A DNA stretch of 64,000 nucleotides from Clostridia bacterium (GCA_017887095.1 JAGHIT010000048.1:9253-73252), one strand, 5' to 3'; positions 9,388 through 19,527 are shown, counted from the stretch's first letter. Numbers and translations: made by a program. The notes: generated by a model not told the origin, from the letters alone.

Positions 9388-9897
9388 TCAACCGATAGCA
9401 AACCCGGTCGCTTCAGCAATAGCGGCAACCGTCTCGTCGATCGTCTGTCCATCACAACGGATGGTGACGTCGGCATATTGCTCATACAGAGGCACCCTTT
9501 GCAGATATAAATCATGCAATGTCCCGACATTCCCGCGCATGACGACGCCGCGTCGTACCAAGTTCGGGATTCTGCGGGCGACCTCTTGTTCACTCAACTG
9601 AAGATAAACAACCGTTCCCATCGATTTCAGATGCTGCATTGCACGCTCGGAATAACAGACGCTCCCGCCCGTTGCGATCACGCAACGCATCGCGGCAAGC
9701 CCCGCATTGACACGCTCCTCGATTTGAATGAACCCCTCCGGTCCTTCCCGTTCAATGATTTCTGAAAGAAGCGCATTCTGCTCCCCCTGAATGATCAAAT
9801 CGCAGTCGATAAACCCAAAGCCGATCTTTTTGGCAAGCAACACGCCTGCCGTGCTTTTACCCGAAGACGGCATGCCGATGAGAACAAGATTATTCAT
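9388..9897 (-). CDS. aroK: Shikimate kinase
   Basis: LIGMPSSGKSTAG is the Walker A motif, followed by FIDCD, at ~170 aa. The start is the ATG at 9897 (MNNLVLIG). Confidence 0.9.
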   Translation of the reverse strand: MNNLVLIGMPSSGKSTAGVLLAKKIGFGFIDCDLIIQGEQNALLSEIIEREGPEGFIQIEERVNAGLAAMRCVIATGGSVCYSERAMQHLKSMGTVVYLQLSEQEVARRIPNLVRRGVVMRGNVGTLHDLYLQRVPLYEQYADVTIRCDGQTIDETVAAIAEATGFAIG

Positions 9898-10090
9898 GAA
9901 AACATTATATCGCACATGACTGTAAAAGTCAATCACACGCACTCACGACACAATGTTTTCCTAAAAAAATATCCGAAGCAAAAAGAATTTCAATAACAAT
10001 TTTTAAAACTGACGTGAAAAAAGTTGTGTTTTTAGCGGGAATATGATATACTCCTCATTGTCTAAAATAAAATGGATCAGGTATTATATC

Positions 10091-10402
10091 ATGTTGAACA
10101 ATCTTCTCGTCGTCGAAATTTTCGGCTCCGAAGCGCAAGAACTGGCTTATCCTATTGTCAACGGAATTCTTATCGCCCTCATGGCACTTGTCGCGGTCGG
10201 CGCCATCATTTGCGTCATGCTTCAGCCCAGCAATTCGCAAGGTATTGAGGCACTCGGCGGCTCAAGCGAGACCTTTTACGGTAAAAACAAAGGAAAATCC
10301 ATCGAGTCTAAACTGAAACTGTGGACGATCATCTGTGTAGCGGTTCTCGCAGTCCTCTCCATTATTTTCTTTATTCTTCAGATTCCTGCAATTTGGGCAT
10401 AA
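10091..10402 (+). CDS. secG: Preprotein translocase subunit SecG
   Basis: A two-TM protein with VMLQPSNSQGIEALGGSSETFYG (the SecG LQ...G..GG loop), in the conserved secG-rnr-smpB order. The start is uncertain; I chose the ATG at 10091. Confidence 0.75.
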   Translation: MLNNLLVVEIFGSEAQELAYPIVNGILIALMALVAVGAIICVMLQPSNSQGIEALGGSSETFYGKNKGKSIESKLKLWTIICVAVLAVLSIIFFILQIPAIWA

Positions 10403-10430
10403 ATGAAATCTTTGGCAGAAACACATTCAA

Positions 10431-10460
10431 AACGGGCGGCTTCAAAGCGGTCCGTTTTTT
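10431..10460 (+). terminator. Hairpin plus T-tract between secG and rnr (partial terminator/attenuator)
   Basis: AACGGGC...GGTCCGTT forms the stem (one G-U pair), followed by TTTTTT. Only 31 nt remain before the rnr ATG, so read-through is likely needed. Confidence 0.45.
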
Positions 10461-10491
10461 CACACAAAGAGGTTGATAACGCAAAAAAATT

Positions 10492-12588
10492 ATGGATGTA
10501 AAAAAGACACTATTGCAAAAAATATGTGACGGATCTTTTGCTCTCATGACGGACGAACAGATTGCCAAAAAACTCAGACTCAAGGGAAAAGCCGCAAACG
10601 GTGTCAGAGATCTGCTGCGTTCGCTTGTGCGCGAAGGCGAACTCTACTGTGACCTGAACGGAAGATACGGTACCGCGGTGCAGTTCGGCGCTATGCGCGG
10701 AACGATCAGCGGCAATGAACGCGGCTTCGGCTTCTTTATGCCGGACGACAAAGAAAAACCTGATCTTTTTATCCCCCACCGTGCGCTGCGCGGCGCATAC
10801 AACAAGGATACCGTCCTCGCGTTTGTCAAAGGCGGCAGAATGGGAGATGAGGGCGAAGTCCTCGCGATTTTGGAACGCGGATACAGAGAGATCGTCGGCA
10901 CCTTCCGTCGCGAACGTTCGGGCGGCATGCTGCACCCTGACGATAAAAAATTTTCCGACGATATCTTTATCCCCTCCGACCGCACCAAAGGCGCTGCGGA
11001 TAACGTAAAGGCCGTTGCGCGCATTCTTTCCTACGAGGGACGCTCGCCGAAGGGCGAGATTGTTGAGGTTCTGGGCGAGAGCGGGGACTTCTTTGTAGAG
11101 GAAACAGCGATCATCCGCGCGCACAACATCAAGGAAGTTTTCCCGGAAGAGGTCATCGACGCGGCGGAACAGCAGGCGTTGCGCGACCCCCTTGCAAACC
11201 TAGAAGGCCGAGTCGATTTAAGAGATCAACTCATCATCACGGTGGACGGCGAGGATACGCGCGATATTGACGACGCGATATCCATTGCGAAAAAAGATGG
11301 AAAATACTACCTCGGCGTGCATATCGCCGACGTCACCAACTACGTCAAATGGCACTCCGTCCTCGATAACGAAGCGCTGTCGCGCGGGACAAGCGTATAT
11401 TTCCCGGATCGCGTCATACCAATGCTGCCCACAGCGCTCTCCAACAATATTTGCTCTCTTAACGAAGGCGTGCCGCGCCTTACGCTGTCCTGCTTTATGA
11501 CGGTGGATAAGAGCGGTAAGGTCATTGAGCGCAGCGTCATGCCAAGCGTCATCTGCTCGGCGCACCGCATGACCTACAAGGCGGTAACCGCCATCGCAAA
11601 CGGCGAGGCGGAAGCGTGCGCCCAATACCCCGACCTAATTGACTTTGTGCATACGGCTGTGGAACTGACCAATATCCTGAAGAACGCGCGCGAGAGCAAG
11701 GGCGGCGTGGCTCTGGACGTCAAAGAAGCTAAAATCCTCTTTGAAAACGGCGTCATCACCATTCCGGACTATGAACGCACCATTTCGCACGAAATGATCG
11801 AGCAGTTCATGGTACTCGCCAACGAGAGCGTCGCAACGATCATGACGGATAAAGGTATGCCATTTGTCTACCGCATCCACGAACGCCCGAGCGAAGAAAA
11901 AGCGAACGACTTCCGCACATTTCTTCGCGAAGCGGGCGTACAGGCAAAGTTCGATCCATCGCGCGTCAGCCCGGCAGACTATCAGAATTTACTGCACTCA
12001 TTGGAGGATTCTCCGCTTTACTCTCTCGTCAATCGTGTTATGCTGCGTTCCATGATGAAGGCGCAGTACTCACCCGAAAATGTGGGACACTTTGGACTTG
12101 CGTCCGACTGTTACTGCCACTTTACCTCCCCAATCCGCCGATATCCGGACCTTTGTATCCACCGCATCATCAAGGAGAGTCTTGTAAATCCCGAAAAGGC
12201 GCGAGCCAAGTACAAAAAATTTGTCACGGAGGCGTCCGTCAAATCCTCTGCATGCGAGAAGAACGCGACCGAAGCGGAACGCGACGTGGATGCCCTCTAT
12301 ATTGTCGCCTACATGCAGGACAAGATCGGCGAAGATTACGACGCAACCATCTCGGGCGTAACCTCTTTCGGCCTGTTCGCAGAACTAGCCAACACCGTCG
12401 AAGGGCTGATCCCCCTGGAGACGTTGCCCGACGACAGCTATGAATTTATCGAAGAACGCTTTTTGCTTCGCGGCACAAAAGGATCTTTCCATTTGGGCGA
12501 ATCGATCAAGGTGCGCGCCGTCGGCGTGGACTGGGGCAGCCGCCGCGTCCAGTTCCAATTTCTCGGAAAACAGGGCGAAACATTTTGA
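10492..12588 (+). CDS. rnr: Ribonuclease R
   Basis: The RNB domain motifs are present (DGEDTRDIDDAISI, HFGLASDCYCHFTSPIRRYPD), with a C-terminal S1 domain. Confidence 0.95.
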   Translation: MDVKKTLLQKICDGSFALMTDEQIAKKLRLKGKAANGVRDLLRSLVREGELYCDLNGRYGTAVQFGAMRGTISGNERGFGFFMPDDKEKPDLFIPHRALRGAYNKDTVLAFVKGGRMGDEGEVLAILERGYREIVGTFRRERSGGMLHPDDKKFSDDIFIPSDRTKGAADNVKAVARILSYEGRSPKGEIVEVLGESGDFFVEETAIIRAHNIKEVFPEEVIDAAEQQALRDPLANLEGRVDLRDQLIITVDGEDTRDIDDAISIAKKDGKYYLGVHIADVTNYVKWHSVLDNEALSRGTSVYFPDRVIPMLPTALSNNICSLNEGVPRLTLSCFMTVDKSGKVIERSVMPSVICSAHRMTYKAVTAIANGEAEACAQYPDLIDFVHTAVELTNILKNARESKGGVALDVKEAKILFENGVITIPDYERTISHEMIEQFMVLANESVATIMTDKGMPFVYRIHERPSEEKANDFRTFLREAGVQAKFDPSRVSPADYQNLLHSLEDSPLYSLVNRVMLRSMMKAQYSPENVGHFGLASDCYCHFTSPIRRYPDLCIHRIIKESLVNPEKARAKYKKFVTEASVKSSACEKNATEAERDVDALYIVAYMQDKIGEDYDATISGVTSFGLFAELANTVEGLIPLETLPDDSYEFIEERFLLRGTKGSFHLGESIKVRAVGVDWGSRRVQFQFLGKQGETF

Positions 12589-12612
12589 TTTTCGCCGCAA
12601 ACGTGATATACT

Positions 12613-13071
12613 ATGTCTGTGAAAGTCATTGCATACAATAAATCCGCCTCCTTTGAGTACTTCATCGAAGAAAAATATGAGGCAGGCATCGTACTTGAAG
12701 GGAACGAAGTCAAGTCCCTGCGGGAAGGCAGGGCGTCGCTCGGCGAGAGCTTCTGCGAGATCCGCGGAGGCGAAATCTTTCTCAAGAACATGCACATTGC
12801 CGTCTATGATAAGAGCGGGGCTTTTTCCACGCGCGACGCGAGAAGGGACAGAAAACTCCTGCTTCGCAAAATGGAGATACACAAGATTGTCAGCAAGGTC
12901 AATGAACGCGGCTACACCCTTGTCCCCATCAAAATCTACTTTAAAGATGCTCTCATCAAAGTGGAAGTTGCGCTCTGCAAGGGCAAGCATACCTATGACA
13001 AAAAACAAGCGATCGCCGAGCGCGACCGCAAACGTGCCCTCGACAGGGCTTTAAAAGAAATGCAATCGTGA
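12613..13071 (+). CDS. smpB: SsrA-binding protein SmpB
   Basis: NKSASFEYFIEEKYEAGIVLEGNEVKSLR and a KRALDR basic tail, at 152 aa. Confidence 0.95.
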   Translation: MSVKVIAYNKSASFEYFIEEKYEAGIVLEGNEVKSLREGRASLGESFCEIRGGEIFLKNMHIAVYDKSGAFSTRDARRDRKLLLRKMEIHKIVSKVNERGYTLVPIKIYFKDALIKVEVALCKGKHTYDKKQAIAERDRKRALDRALKEMQS

Positions 13072-13082
13072 GGTTACGAAAT

Positions 13083-14354
13083 ATGGATAAGCTGCATTTG
13101 GAAACTCTCTGCGTTCAGGCAGGTTACTCTCCCAAAACGGGCGAGAGCCGTATCCCCCCCATTACTCAGAGCACAACCTACTTCTATGGCGAAGCACAGG
13201 CAATGGCAGACCTGTTCGACTTGAAGCGCGACGGTTTTTTCTATACGCGTCTTGCAAATCCCACTGTTGAAGTATTGGAAAAACGCGTTGCCGCGCTTGA
13301 AGGCGGTGCGTACGGCATCGGTTGCGCTTCCGGCATGTCTGCGATCCTGCTGACCGCAATGACACTGTGCGAAGCGGGCGACAACATCGTTACTTCCTGC
13401 GAAATCTATGGCGGGACGTTCAACCTGTTCTCCACAACGCTGCCCAAGTTCGGCATCGAGGCACGTTTCTTTGACGCAGATGCCCCCGCCGAGGAGATCG
13501 AAAAACTCATCGACGATAAGACCAAATTCGTCTATGCGGAGACTGTCGCAAATCCCGCCATTGTCGTACTGGACTTTGACAAAATGGCGGCGATCTGTAA
13601 GAAAGCAGGCGTTCTGTTCATTGTAGACAATACCCTCGCGACCCCCGTTTTATGCCGCCCTTTAGAACTCGGAGCGGACATCGTCATTCATTCGACGAGC
13701 AAATACATGGACGGGCATGCGGCGGCGCTGGGCGGCATGATCGTGGACGGAGGGAAATTCTGCTATAAGGACAATTCCCGCTACCCCGCATTCAACACGC
13801 CCGACGAGAGCTATCACGGCCTCGTGTACGCCGATCTTCCCGTCGCGTTCGGGACCAAGTGCCGCGCGCAGATGATGCGCGATACCGGCGCGATCATGAG
13901 TCCTCAGAATGCATTCCTGACCTATCTCGGCAGCGACACGCTGGCTCTGAGAATGGAACGGCATTGCCGCAACGCGGAGAAGATCGCGCAGTACCTCTCC
14001 AATCACCCAAAGATCGAATGGGTGCGCTATTCCTCGCTTCCGACCGACAAGTACCACGAGCGCGCCAAGAAGTACCTTCCCAACGGCACGGGCGGCATGA
14101 TGAGCTTCGGCATCAGGGGCGACGTTGCGGCATGCGCGCGTTTCATGGAGCACCTGAAGATCGCCACGCAGGAGACGCACGTCGCGGACGTGAGAAGCTG
14201 CGTTTTACACCCTGCTTCCACCACTCATCGTCAACTCACCGAAGAACAGCTCGTCGCAGCGGGCATTGCTCCCAACCTTGTCCGCCTTTCCGTCGGCATT
14301 GAAAATGTTGACGATCTCATCGCCGACCTAGCACAGGCACTCGAGACCGTATGA
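13083..14354 (+). CDS. metY: O-acetylhomoserine aminocarboxypropyltransferase/sulfhydrylase
   Basis: A Cys/Met-metabolism PLP enzyme; HSTSKYMDGH holds the PLP lysine, and the length is ~424 aa. The start is the ATG at 13083, 11 nt after the smpB stop. Confidence 0.9.
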   Translation: MDKLHLETLCVQAGYSPKTGESRIPPITQSTTYFYGEAQAMADLFDLKRDGFFYTRLANPTVEVLEKRVAALEGGAYGIGCASGMSAILLTAMTLCEAGDNIVTSCEIYGGTFNLFSTTLPKFGIEARFFDADAPAEEIEKLIDDKTKFVYAETVANPAIVVLDFDKMAAICKKAGVLFIVDNTLATPVLCRPLELGADIVIHSTSKYMDGHAAALGGMIVDGGKFCYKDNSRYPAFNTPDESYHGLVYADLPVAFGTKCRAQMMRDTGAIMSPQNAFLTYLGSDTLALRMERHCRNAEKIAQYLSNHPKIEWVRYSSLPTDKYHERAKKYLPNGTGGMMSFGIRGDVAACARFMEHLKIATQETHVADVRSCVLHPASTTHRQLTEEQLVAAGIAPNLVRLSVGIENVDDLIADLAQALETV

Positions 14355-14372
14355 TGAAAGAAGGTAATCCGC

Positions 14373-15284
14373 ATGCCCATCGTCATTGATCGCAATATAC
14401 CGGCATATACCGTCCTCAGCGGAGAGCGCATCGTCGTCATGGACCGCGAGCGCGCGATTTCTCAGGATATCCGCCCAATTGAGATCGCGATCCTCAACCT
14501 TATGCCCACTAAAATAGAGACCGAGACGCAGTTCATGCGTCTTTTGTCCAATTCACCGCTTCAGGTCAACGTCACGCTCATCCACACAAGCAGTTACCGC
14601 TCCAAAAATACGGAAGCAGAATATCTCGATCGGTTCTACCAGTCCTTTGAAAGCGTCAGAAGCAAGCATTTTGACGGCATGATCGTGACGGGCGCGCCCG
14701 TTGAGGATATGGAGTTTCACGACGTTGCGTACTGGAACGAACTGACCAAGCTCTTCGACTGGACCAAGACCAATGTGACGTCCACAATTTTCATCTGTTG
14801 GGGCGCAATGGCGGCGCTGTACTACTTCTACAATATCCCTAAATACCCACTGCCGAGAAAGCTGTTCGGCGTGTTCGCACACAGGAAGTGCAACGCAGAT
14901 TCCACAGATCCCTTGATGCGCGGCATTTCGGACGAGTTCCATGTCTGTCATTCCCGCCACTCCACCGTGCGCGAATCGGACGTAAGGAAGGATGCGCGCC
15001 TTAAAATTTTGGCGACTTCCCATCGCGCGGGAGTTGCGATCGCAAGTTCTTTGGATCACAGTCAGATCTTTGTTCTGGGACATATGGAATACGACAGGGA
15101 CACACTGAAAAAGGAGTACGAGCGCGATCTTGCAAGGGGTCTGCCCATTGAAAAGCCCTTCTGCTATTTTGCGGATAAGGAGTGCACCAAGATCAACATG
15201 AACTGGTCCTCAACGGCAAACCTCTTTTACAACAACTGGCTAAACTTCGTCTATCAGACAACGCCCTACCAGTTTGAAACGTAA
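14373..15284 (+). CDS. metA: Homoserine O-acyltransferase MetA
   Basis: MPIVIDRNIPA...IAILNLMPTKIETETQFMRLL is the canonical MetA N-terminus, and ICWGAMAAL holds the catalytic Cys. Confidence 0.93.
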   Translation: MPIVIDRNIPAYTVLSGERIVVMDRERAISQDIRPIEIAILNLMPTKIETETQFMRLLSNSPLQVNVTLIHTSSYRSKNTEAEYLDRFYQSFESVRSKHFDGMIVTGAPVEDMEFHDVAYWNELTKLFDWTKTNVTSTIFICWGAMAALYYFYNIPKYPLPRKLFGVFAHRKCNADSTDPLMRGISDEFHVCHSRHSTVRESDVRKDARLKILATSHRAGVAIASSLDHSQIFVLGHMEYDRDTLKKEYERDLARGLPIEKPFCYFADKECTKINMNWSSTANLFYNNWLNFVYQTTPYQFET

Positions 15285-15375
15285 CTCAAAGGCCGCCTGC
15301 AGGCGCCTTTCATCATGGGGACATTTATTTCCTGTGATGTGCTCTTTATTAATACTGTCTGCCTAATTTGAAAAC

Positions 15376-15401
15376 GCGCCCGCGGCATTTGCCGCGGGCG
15401 C
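15376..15401. terminator. Bidirectional terminator between metA and galE
   Basis: A perfect 11-bp stem, GCGCCCGCGGC-attt-GCCGCGGGCGC, is flanked by A-rich and T-rich tracts. Confidence 0.8.
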
Positions 15402-15426
15402 TACGATTTTGATACTTATTTAACTT

Positions 15427-16437
15427 TTAGGCTTCGTAACCGTTCGGATTGTTTTTCTGCCAGTTCCATTGGTCGCGGCACATGTCCTCCAGGTCGTACT
15501 GCGCCTTCCAGCCAAGTTCTTTTTCTGCCTTTGCACTTGAGGCATAGCAGGCGGGAACGTCGCCCGCTCGGCGCGGCATGATCTCATATGGCAGCGTCTT
15601 GCCGCACGCCTTCTCAAATGCATGGATCATATCCAGCACACTATAGCCCTTTCCGGTTCCGAGGTTATAGATATGCACACCCGGCTCTTTGAGCGACTTG
15701 ATCGCGGCAACATGCCCGCGCGCAAGATCAACGACATGGATATAATCCCTCACGCCCGTTCCGTCCGGCGTGGGATAGTCGTTTCCGAAAACGCCGATAC
15801 GTTTTAGTTTCCCGCTTGCGACCTGCGCCACATAGGGCATCAAGTTGTTCGGAATACCCTTTGGATCCTCGCCGATGCGTCCCGAAGGATGCGCACCGAC
15901 GGGGTTAAAGTAACGCAGAAGCGCAATGTTCCATCCGTTGTCTGCTCGATATAGATCCTCCAGAATGCGTTCCTGCATGAGTTTGGTCGTGCCATATGGA
16001 TTGGTCGTGGAAAGACGGCATCCCTCGTCCAGCGGTAGCCGCTCAGGTTCGCCGTACACCGTTGCCGACGAGGAAAAAACAATATTCCTGACACCAAACT
16101 TCTGCATGGTCTCCAAAAGGACGAAGGTGGAGACGAGGTTGTTATCGTAGTAGAGCATGGGTTTTTTCACGCTCTCCCCCACCGCCTTGAGCCCCGCAAA
16201 GTGGATGACCCAGTCGATCTTCTGCGCCGAAAAAACTTCCTCAAGCTTTTCCCTGTCGCGCACGTCAAAGTTATAAAATGCAATGTCCTTGCCCGTCAGC
16301 TCGCGCACGCGGCGCATGCTTTCCTCGCTTGAATTGCAGAGGTTGTCAACGACGACCGTCTCATATCCCGCCTCCAACAACTCCAAAACGGTATGCGATC
16401 CGATAAAGCCCGCCCCGCCCGTCACAAGTACTTTCAT
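15427..16437 (-). CDS. galE: UDP-glucose 4-epimerase
   Basis: [13 protein letters not shown], the SSSATVYG and YGTTK catalytic motifs, and 336 aa. Confidence 0.93.
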   Translation of the reverse strand: MKVLVTGGAGFIGSHTVLELLEAGYETVVVDNLCNSSEESMRRVRELTGKDIAFYNFDVRDREKLEEVFSAQKIDWVIHFAGLKAVGESVKKPMLYYDNNLVSTFVLLETMQKFGVRNIVFSSSATVYGEPERLPLDEGCRLSTTNPYGTTKLMQERILEDLYRADNGWNIALLRYFNPVGAHPSGRIGEDPKGIPNNLMPYVAQVASGKLKRIGVFGNDYPTPDGTGVRDYIHVVDLARGHVAAIKSLKEPGVHIYNLGTGKGYSVLDMIHAFEKACGKTLPYEIMPRRAGDVPACYASSAKAEKELGWKAQYDLEDMCRDQWNWQKNNPNGYEA

Positions 16438-16537
16438 GACTGCCTCCCAATCTTTCTATAGTCCATCTTAGCCGCTTTTTCGCGGGAATGCAAGCAATAC
16501 ATTGTTATCTTTCAGACAATTATTGACTTTTTCTGCT

Positions 16538-17974
16538 TCATACATTCACTTGACCGCTCTCGCCGAGCAATGATTTATGCTTTTCGAGGATAGGATCGAT
16601 CTCTGTTTTAATAAATTCAACTGTCTGAGAAGGCGCGCGCCCGATGAACTTCTTCGCATCGAGGATCTCGTCCAGGCGATCGTGGATGGCTTTGAAATCG
16701 TCGTCCGCCTTGATGAGCTCCAGAAGGTTGTTTTCCTTGCCCTCCGCCTTGACGTTCGCGCCCGCCTGCATGGACAGAACCCTGATCTTTTCGTGCAGTT
16801 CCTGACGGTTTCCGCCCGCCTTGACGCACTCCATCATGATGTTCTCCGTCGCCATGAAGGGAAGCTCCGCCGCAATGTGCTTTGCGATGACTTTTTCGTA
16901 GACAACGAGATTTTCAGCGACGTTCATGTAGATGTTGAGGATGGCATCCACCGTGAGGAACGCCTGCGCGTTGACGATGCGGCGGTTTGCCGAGTCGTCC
17001 AGCGAGCGCTCAAACCACTGTGTGGACGCAGTGACAGCCGTATTCATGGGCAGGGAGAGCATATAACGCGCAAGGGACCCCATGCGCTCACAACGCATCG
17101 GATTGCGCTTATACGCCATCGCCGACGAGCCGATCTGGCTCTTTTCGAACGGTTCCTCTATCTCCTTCATGTTCTGAAGGATGCGGATATCGTTGGAGAA
17201 TTTATATGCAGACTGCGCGATCTGCGAGAGCACGCACAGCACGTTATAGTCGAATTTCCTGGGGTAGGTCTGCCCGGTCACGCCGTACACCTTCTCGTAA
17301 CCGAGTTTGTTGCAGACGCGCTTTTCCAGCTCCTTGACCTTTCCCTCGTCGCCGCCGAACAACTCCATGAAACTCGCCTGCGTGCCCGTCGTCCCCTTAA
17401 CGCCGCGCAGACGGATGTGCGCATAGAGGTTCATGAGGTTCTCATAGTCGAGCATGAGATCCTGCAGCCAAAGCGTCGCGCGCTTGCCGACCGTCGTCAG
17501 CTGCGCGGGCTGCAAGTGCGTAAAGCCGAGCGCGGGAAGATCTTTATATTTCAGGGCAAACTTCTTGAGTTTGTCCATGACGTTGACGAGCTTGCGAAGG
17601 ATGATATCCAGCCCGTCCTTCATAATGATGACTTCGGAATTGCAGTCGACAAAACAGCTTGTCGCGCCCAAATGAATGATCGGAGCAGCCAGAGGTGCAG
17701 CGTCGCCGAAGGTCTTGACATGCGCCATAACATCGTGACGAACCTGGCGCTCATAGGCTTCCGCACGCTCGAAGTCGATATCGTCGGCATGCGCCTTCAT
17801 CTCATCGACCTGCGCCTGTGTAATGGGAAGTCCCAGTTCCATTTCGGATTCGGCAAGCGCGATCCACAGTTTTCTCCACAGACGGAAGCGCTTCAGATCG
17901 CCGAAGTTTTCCTGCATTTCGCGGCTTGCATAGCGTGTGTTCAAGGGGTTCTGATAGATGTTGTTATCAATCAT
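16538..17974 (-). CDS. purB: Adenylosuccinate lyase
   Basis: The fumarate-lyase signature GSSAMAYKRNP is present, at 478 aa. Confidence 0.93.
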   Translation of the reverse strand: MIDNNIYQNPLNTRYASREMQENFGDLKRFRLWRKLWIALAESEMELGLPITQAQVDEMKAHADDIDFERAEAYERQVRHDVMAHVKTFGDAAPLAAPIIHLGATSCFVDCNSEVIIMKDGLDIILRKLVNVMDKLKKFALKYKDLPALGFTHLQPAQLTTVGKRATLWLQDLMLDYENLMNLYAHIRLRGVKGTTGTQASFMELFGGDEGKVKELEKRVCNKLGYEKVYGVTGQTYPRKFDYNVLCVLSQIAQSAYKFSNDIRILQNMKEIEEPFEKSQIGSSAMAYKRNPMRCERMGSLARYMLSLPMNTAVTASTQWFERSLDDSANRRIVNAQAFLTVDAILNIYMNVAENLVVYEKVIAKHIAAELPFMATENIMMECVKAGGNRQELHEKIRVLSMQAGANVKAEGKENNLLELIKADDDFKAIHDRLDEILDAKKFIGRAPSQTVEFIKTEIDPILEKHKSLLGESGQVNV

Positions 17975-18054
17975 ACGATTTTCTTATCCTAAATTTTATT
18001 CTTCAATTTGCGTGACCGGATAAAATTCAAACAGCGGCGCGCCATATTCAACAG

Positions 18055-18092
18055 AAAAAATCTGAGTCCGATTTAATATTTCGGGAATCAGA
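18055..18092 (-). terminator. Probable terminator at the ppiB 3' end
   Basis: An imperfect hairpin, TCTGAGTCCGA...TCGGGAATCAGA, overlaps the stop codon and is followed by a minus-strand T-run. Confidence 0.5.
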
Positions 18093-18606
18093 ACGTCTCG
18101 GGCGCGGGATAGTCGACGCCGAAGGTCTCTGCCGTCACCCGCTTCATTCTCTGATCCTGAAGGGGCTTATCGCGGAAATCGGTGCGCACCGAGGCGATCG
18201 CATCAACGACCTCCAGCCCTTCCGTCACTTTCCCGAATGCGGCATACTGTCCGTCCAGATAGGGCGCGTCCGCGTGCATAATGAAGAACTGCGAACCCGC
18301 CGAGTCGGGATGCTGGGCGCGCGCCATGGAGAGCACCCCGCGCGTGTGCTTCAAGTCGTTCTTCACGCCGTTTCCGGAAAACTCCCCTCTGATATGATAG
18401 CCTGGTCCGCCCGTGCCGACGCCCTTAGGGTCGCCGCCCTGGATCATGAAGCCGGCGATGACGCGGTGAAAGATGATGCCGTCATAGAATCCCTTCTTCA
18501 CAAGCGACAAAAAGTTATTGACGGTATTGGGCGCCACGTCCGGGTACAGTTCCGCCTTAAACACCTTGCCGTCCTGCATTTCAAAAGTCACGATAGGATT
18601 TGCCAT
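18088..18606 (-). CDS. ppiB: Peptidyl-prolyl cis-trans isomerase, cyclophilin type
   Basis: FHRVIAGFMIQGGDP and SAGSQFFI are present. Confidence 0.93.
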   Translation of the reverse strand: MANPIVTFEMQDGKVFKAELYPDVAPNTVNNFLSLVKKGFYDGIIFHRVIAGFMIQGGDPKGVGTGGPGYHIRGEFSGNGVKNDLKHTRGVLSMARAQHPDSAGSQFFIMHADAPYLDGQYAAFGKVTEGLEVVDAIASVRTDFRDKPLQDQRMKRVTAETFGVDYPAPETF

Positions 18607-18612
18607 ACAATA

Positions 18613-19056
18613 TTACTCCTCATATTTTTCGATCGACGTCCCCGCCTCTTCAAACAAACGCAGGGAAAATTCGTCGGGATATCCTTCCTTATAGACAACG
18701 CGCGCAATGCCCGCGTTAATAATCATCTTTGCGCAGATGACGCATGGCTGGTGGGTACAATAGAGCGTCGCACCCTGGATATTGATGCCGTAGCGCGCCG
18801 CCTGAATGATCGCGTTCTGCTCGGCATGGACACCGTAGCACAGCTCCGCGCGCGTTCCGGAGGGAATTTGCAGCTTTTCCCGAAGGCACTCGCCGCGCTC
18901 GATGCAGGACGCGATCCCCGCAGGCGCGCCGTTGTAGCCCGTCGTCATGACGCGTTTATCGCGCACGATAACCGCCCCCACCTTGCGGCGAAAACAGCTG
19001 GACCACGACCCCACCTGTACGGTAAGTTCCATGAACCGCTTGTCCCACTTATCCAT
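18613..19056 (-). CDS. comEB: dCMP deaminase (ComEB family)
   Basis: HAEQNAI and PCVICAKMIINAGI are the zinc-binding motifs, at 147 aa. Confidence 0.88.
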   Translation of the reverse strand: MDKWDKRFMELTVQVGSWSSCFRRKVGAVIVRDKRVMTTGYNGAPAGIASCIERGECLREKLQIPSGTRAELCYGVHAEQNAIIQAARYGINIQGATLYCTHQPCVICAKMIINAGIARVVYKEGYPDEFSLRLFEEAGTSIEKYEE

Positions 19057-19178
19057 TTTTCACCTCACGCATGTATTTCTAACGATATTATACACATTTT
19101 TCGGCTATCTGTCAATGCAGAGAGGGTAAAAGGCACCTCCCTCATAAAAAAATACGGAAAAAATTGCCTGTAAAGTGT

Positions 19179-19207
19179 TTGACGGCGCAAGCCTGTGTTT
19201 ATAATAT
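19179..19207 (+). promoter_or_regulatory. Sigma-A-type promoter TTGACG-17-TAATAT upstream of groES
   Basis: The hexamers lie at 19179..19184 and 19202..19207, 36 nt upstream of the groES ATG. Confidence 0.6.
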
Positions 19208-19242
19208 ATGCGATAATAAAAAACAATATTTCGGAGGTTATC

Positions 19243-19527
19243 ATGAACATCAAACCCTTGTTCGACAAGGTTGTCGTGGAAGCCGTTACGGTCGAAGAAA
19301 AGACCAAGAGCGGATTTATTCTCCCCTCTTCCGCACAGGAAAAGCCGCAGACTTGCGTTGTCGTCGCAGTAGGTCCCGGCGGAGTGGTAGACGGGAAGGA
19401 GATCGTTATGCAGGTCAAAGTCGGCGATAAGGTCCTTTGCTCCAAGTACGCGGGCACCGACTTCAAAGTGGACGGAAAGGAGTTCACGATCATCAAGCAG
19501 AGCGACATCCTCGCGATCGTGGAGTAA
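19243..19527 (+). CDS. groES: Co-chaperonin GroES
   Basis: MNIKPLFDKVVVE...SGFILPSSAQEKPQ. GGAGG lies 5 nt upstream of the ATG at 19243. Confidence 0.96.
   Translation: MNIKPLFDKVVVEAVTVEEKTKSGFILPSSAQEKPQTCVVVAVGPGGVVDGKEIVMQVKVGDKVLCSKYAGTDFKVDGKEFTIIKQSDILAIVE

Noticed and set aside
15318-15374. An 18-codon hydrophobic mini-ORF (MGTFISCDVLFINTVCLI) between the two hairpins after metA.
   Set aside because: It has no RBS and is very short. It lies inside a convergent terminator region, so it cannot be distinguished from chance.
16577-17992. A 471-aa plus-strand ORF spanning the whole purB locus.
   Set aside because: It is exactly antisense to a confidently identified adenylosuccinate lyase. 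Its translation is Arg/Leu/His-rich with no recognisable motifs, which is the typical shadow ORF of a GC-rich gene.
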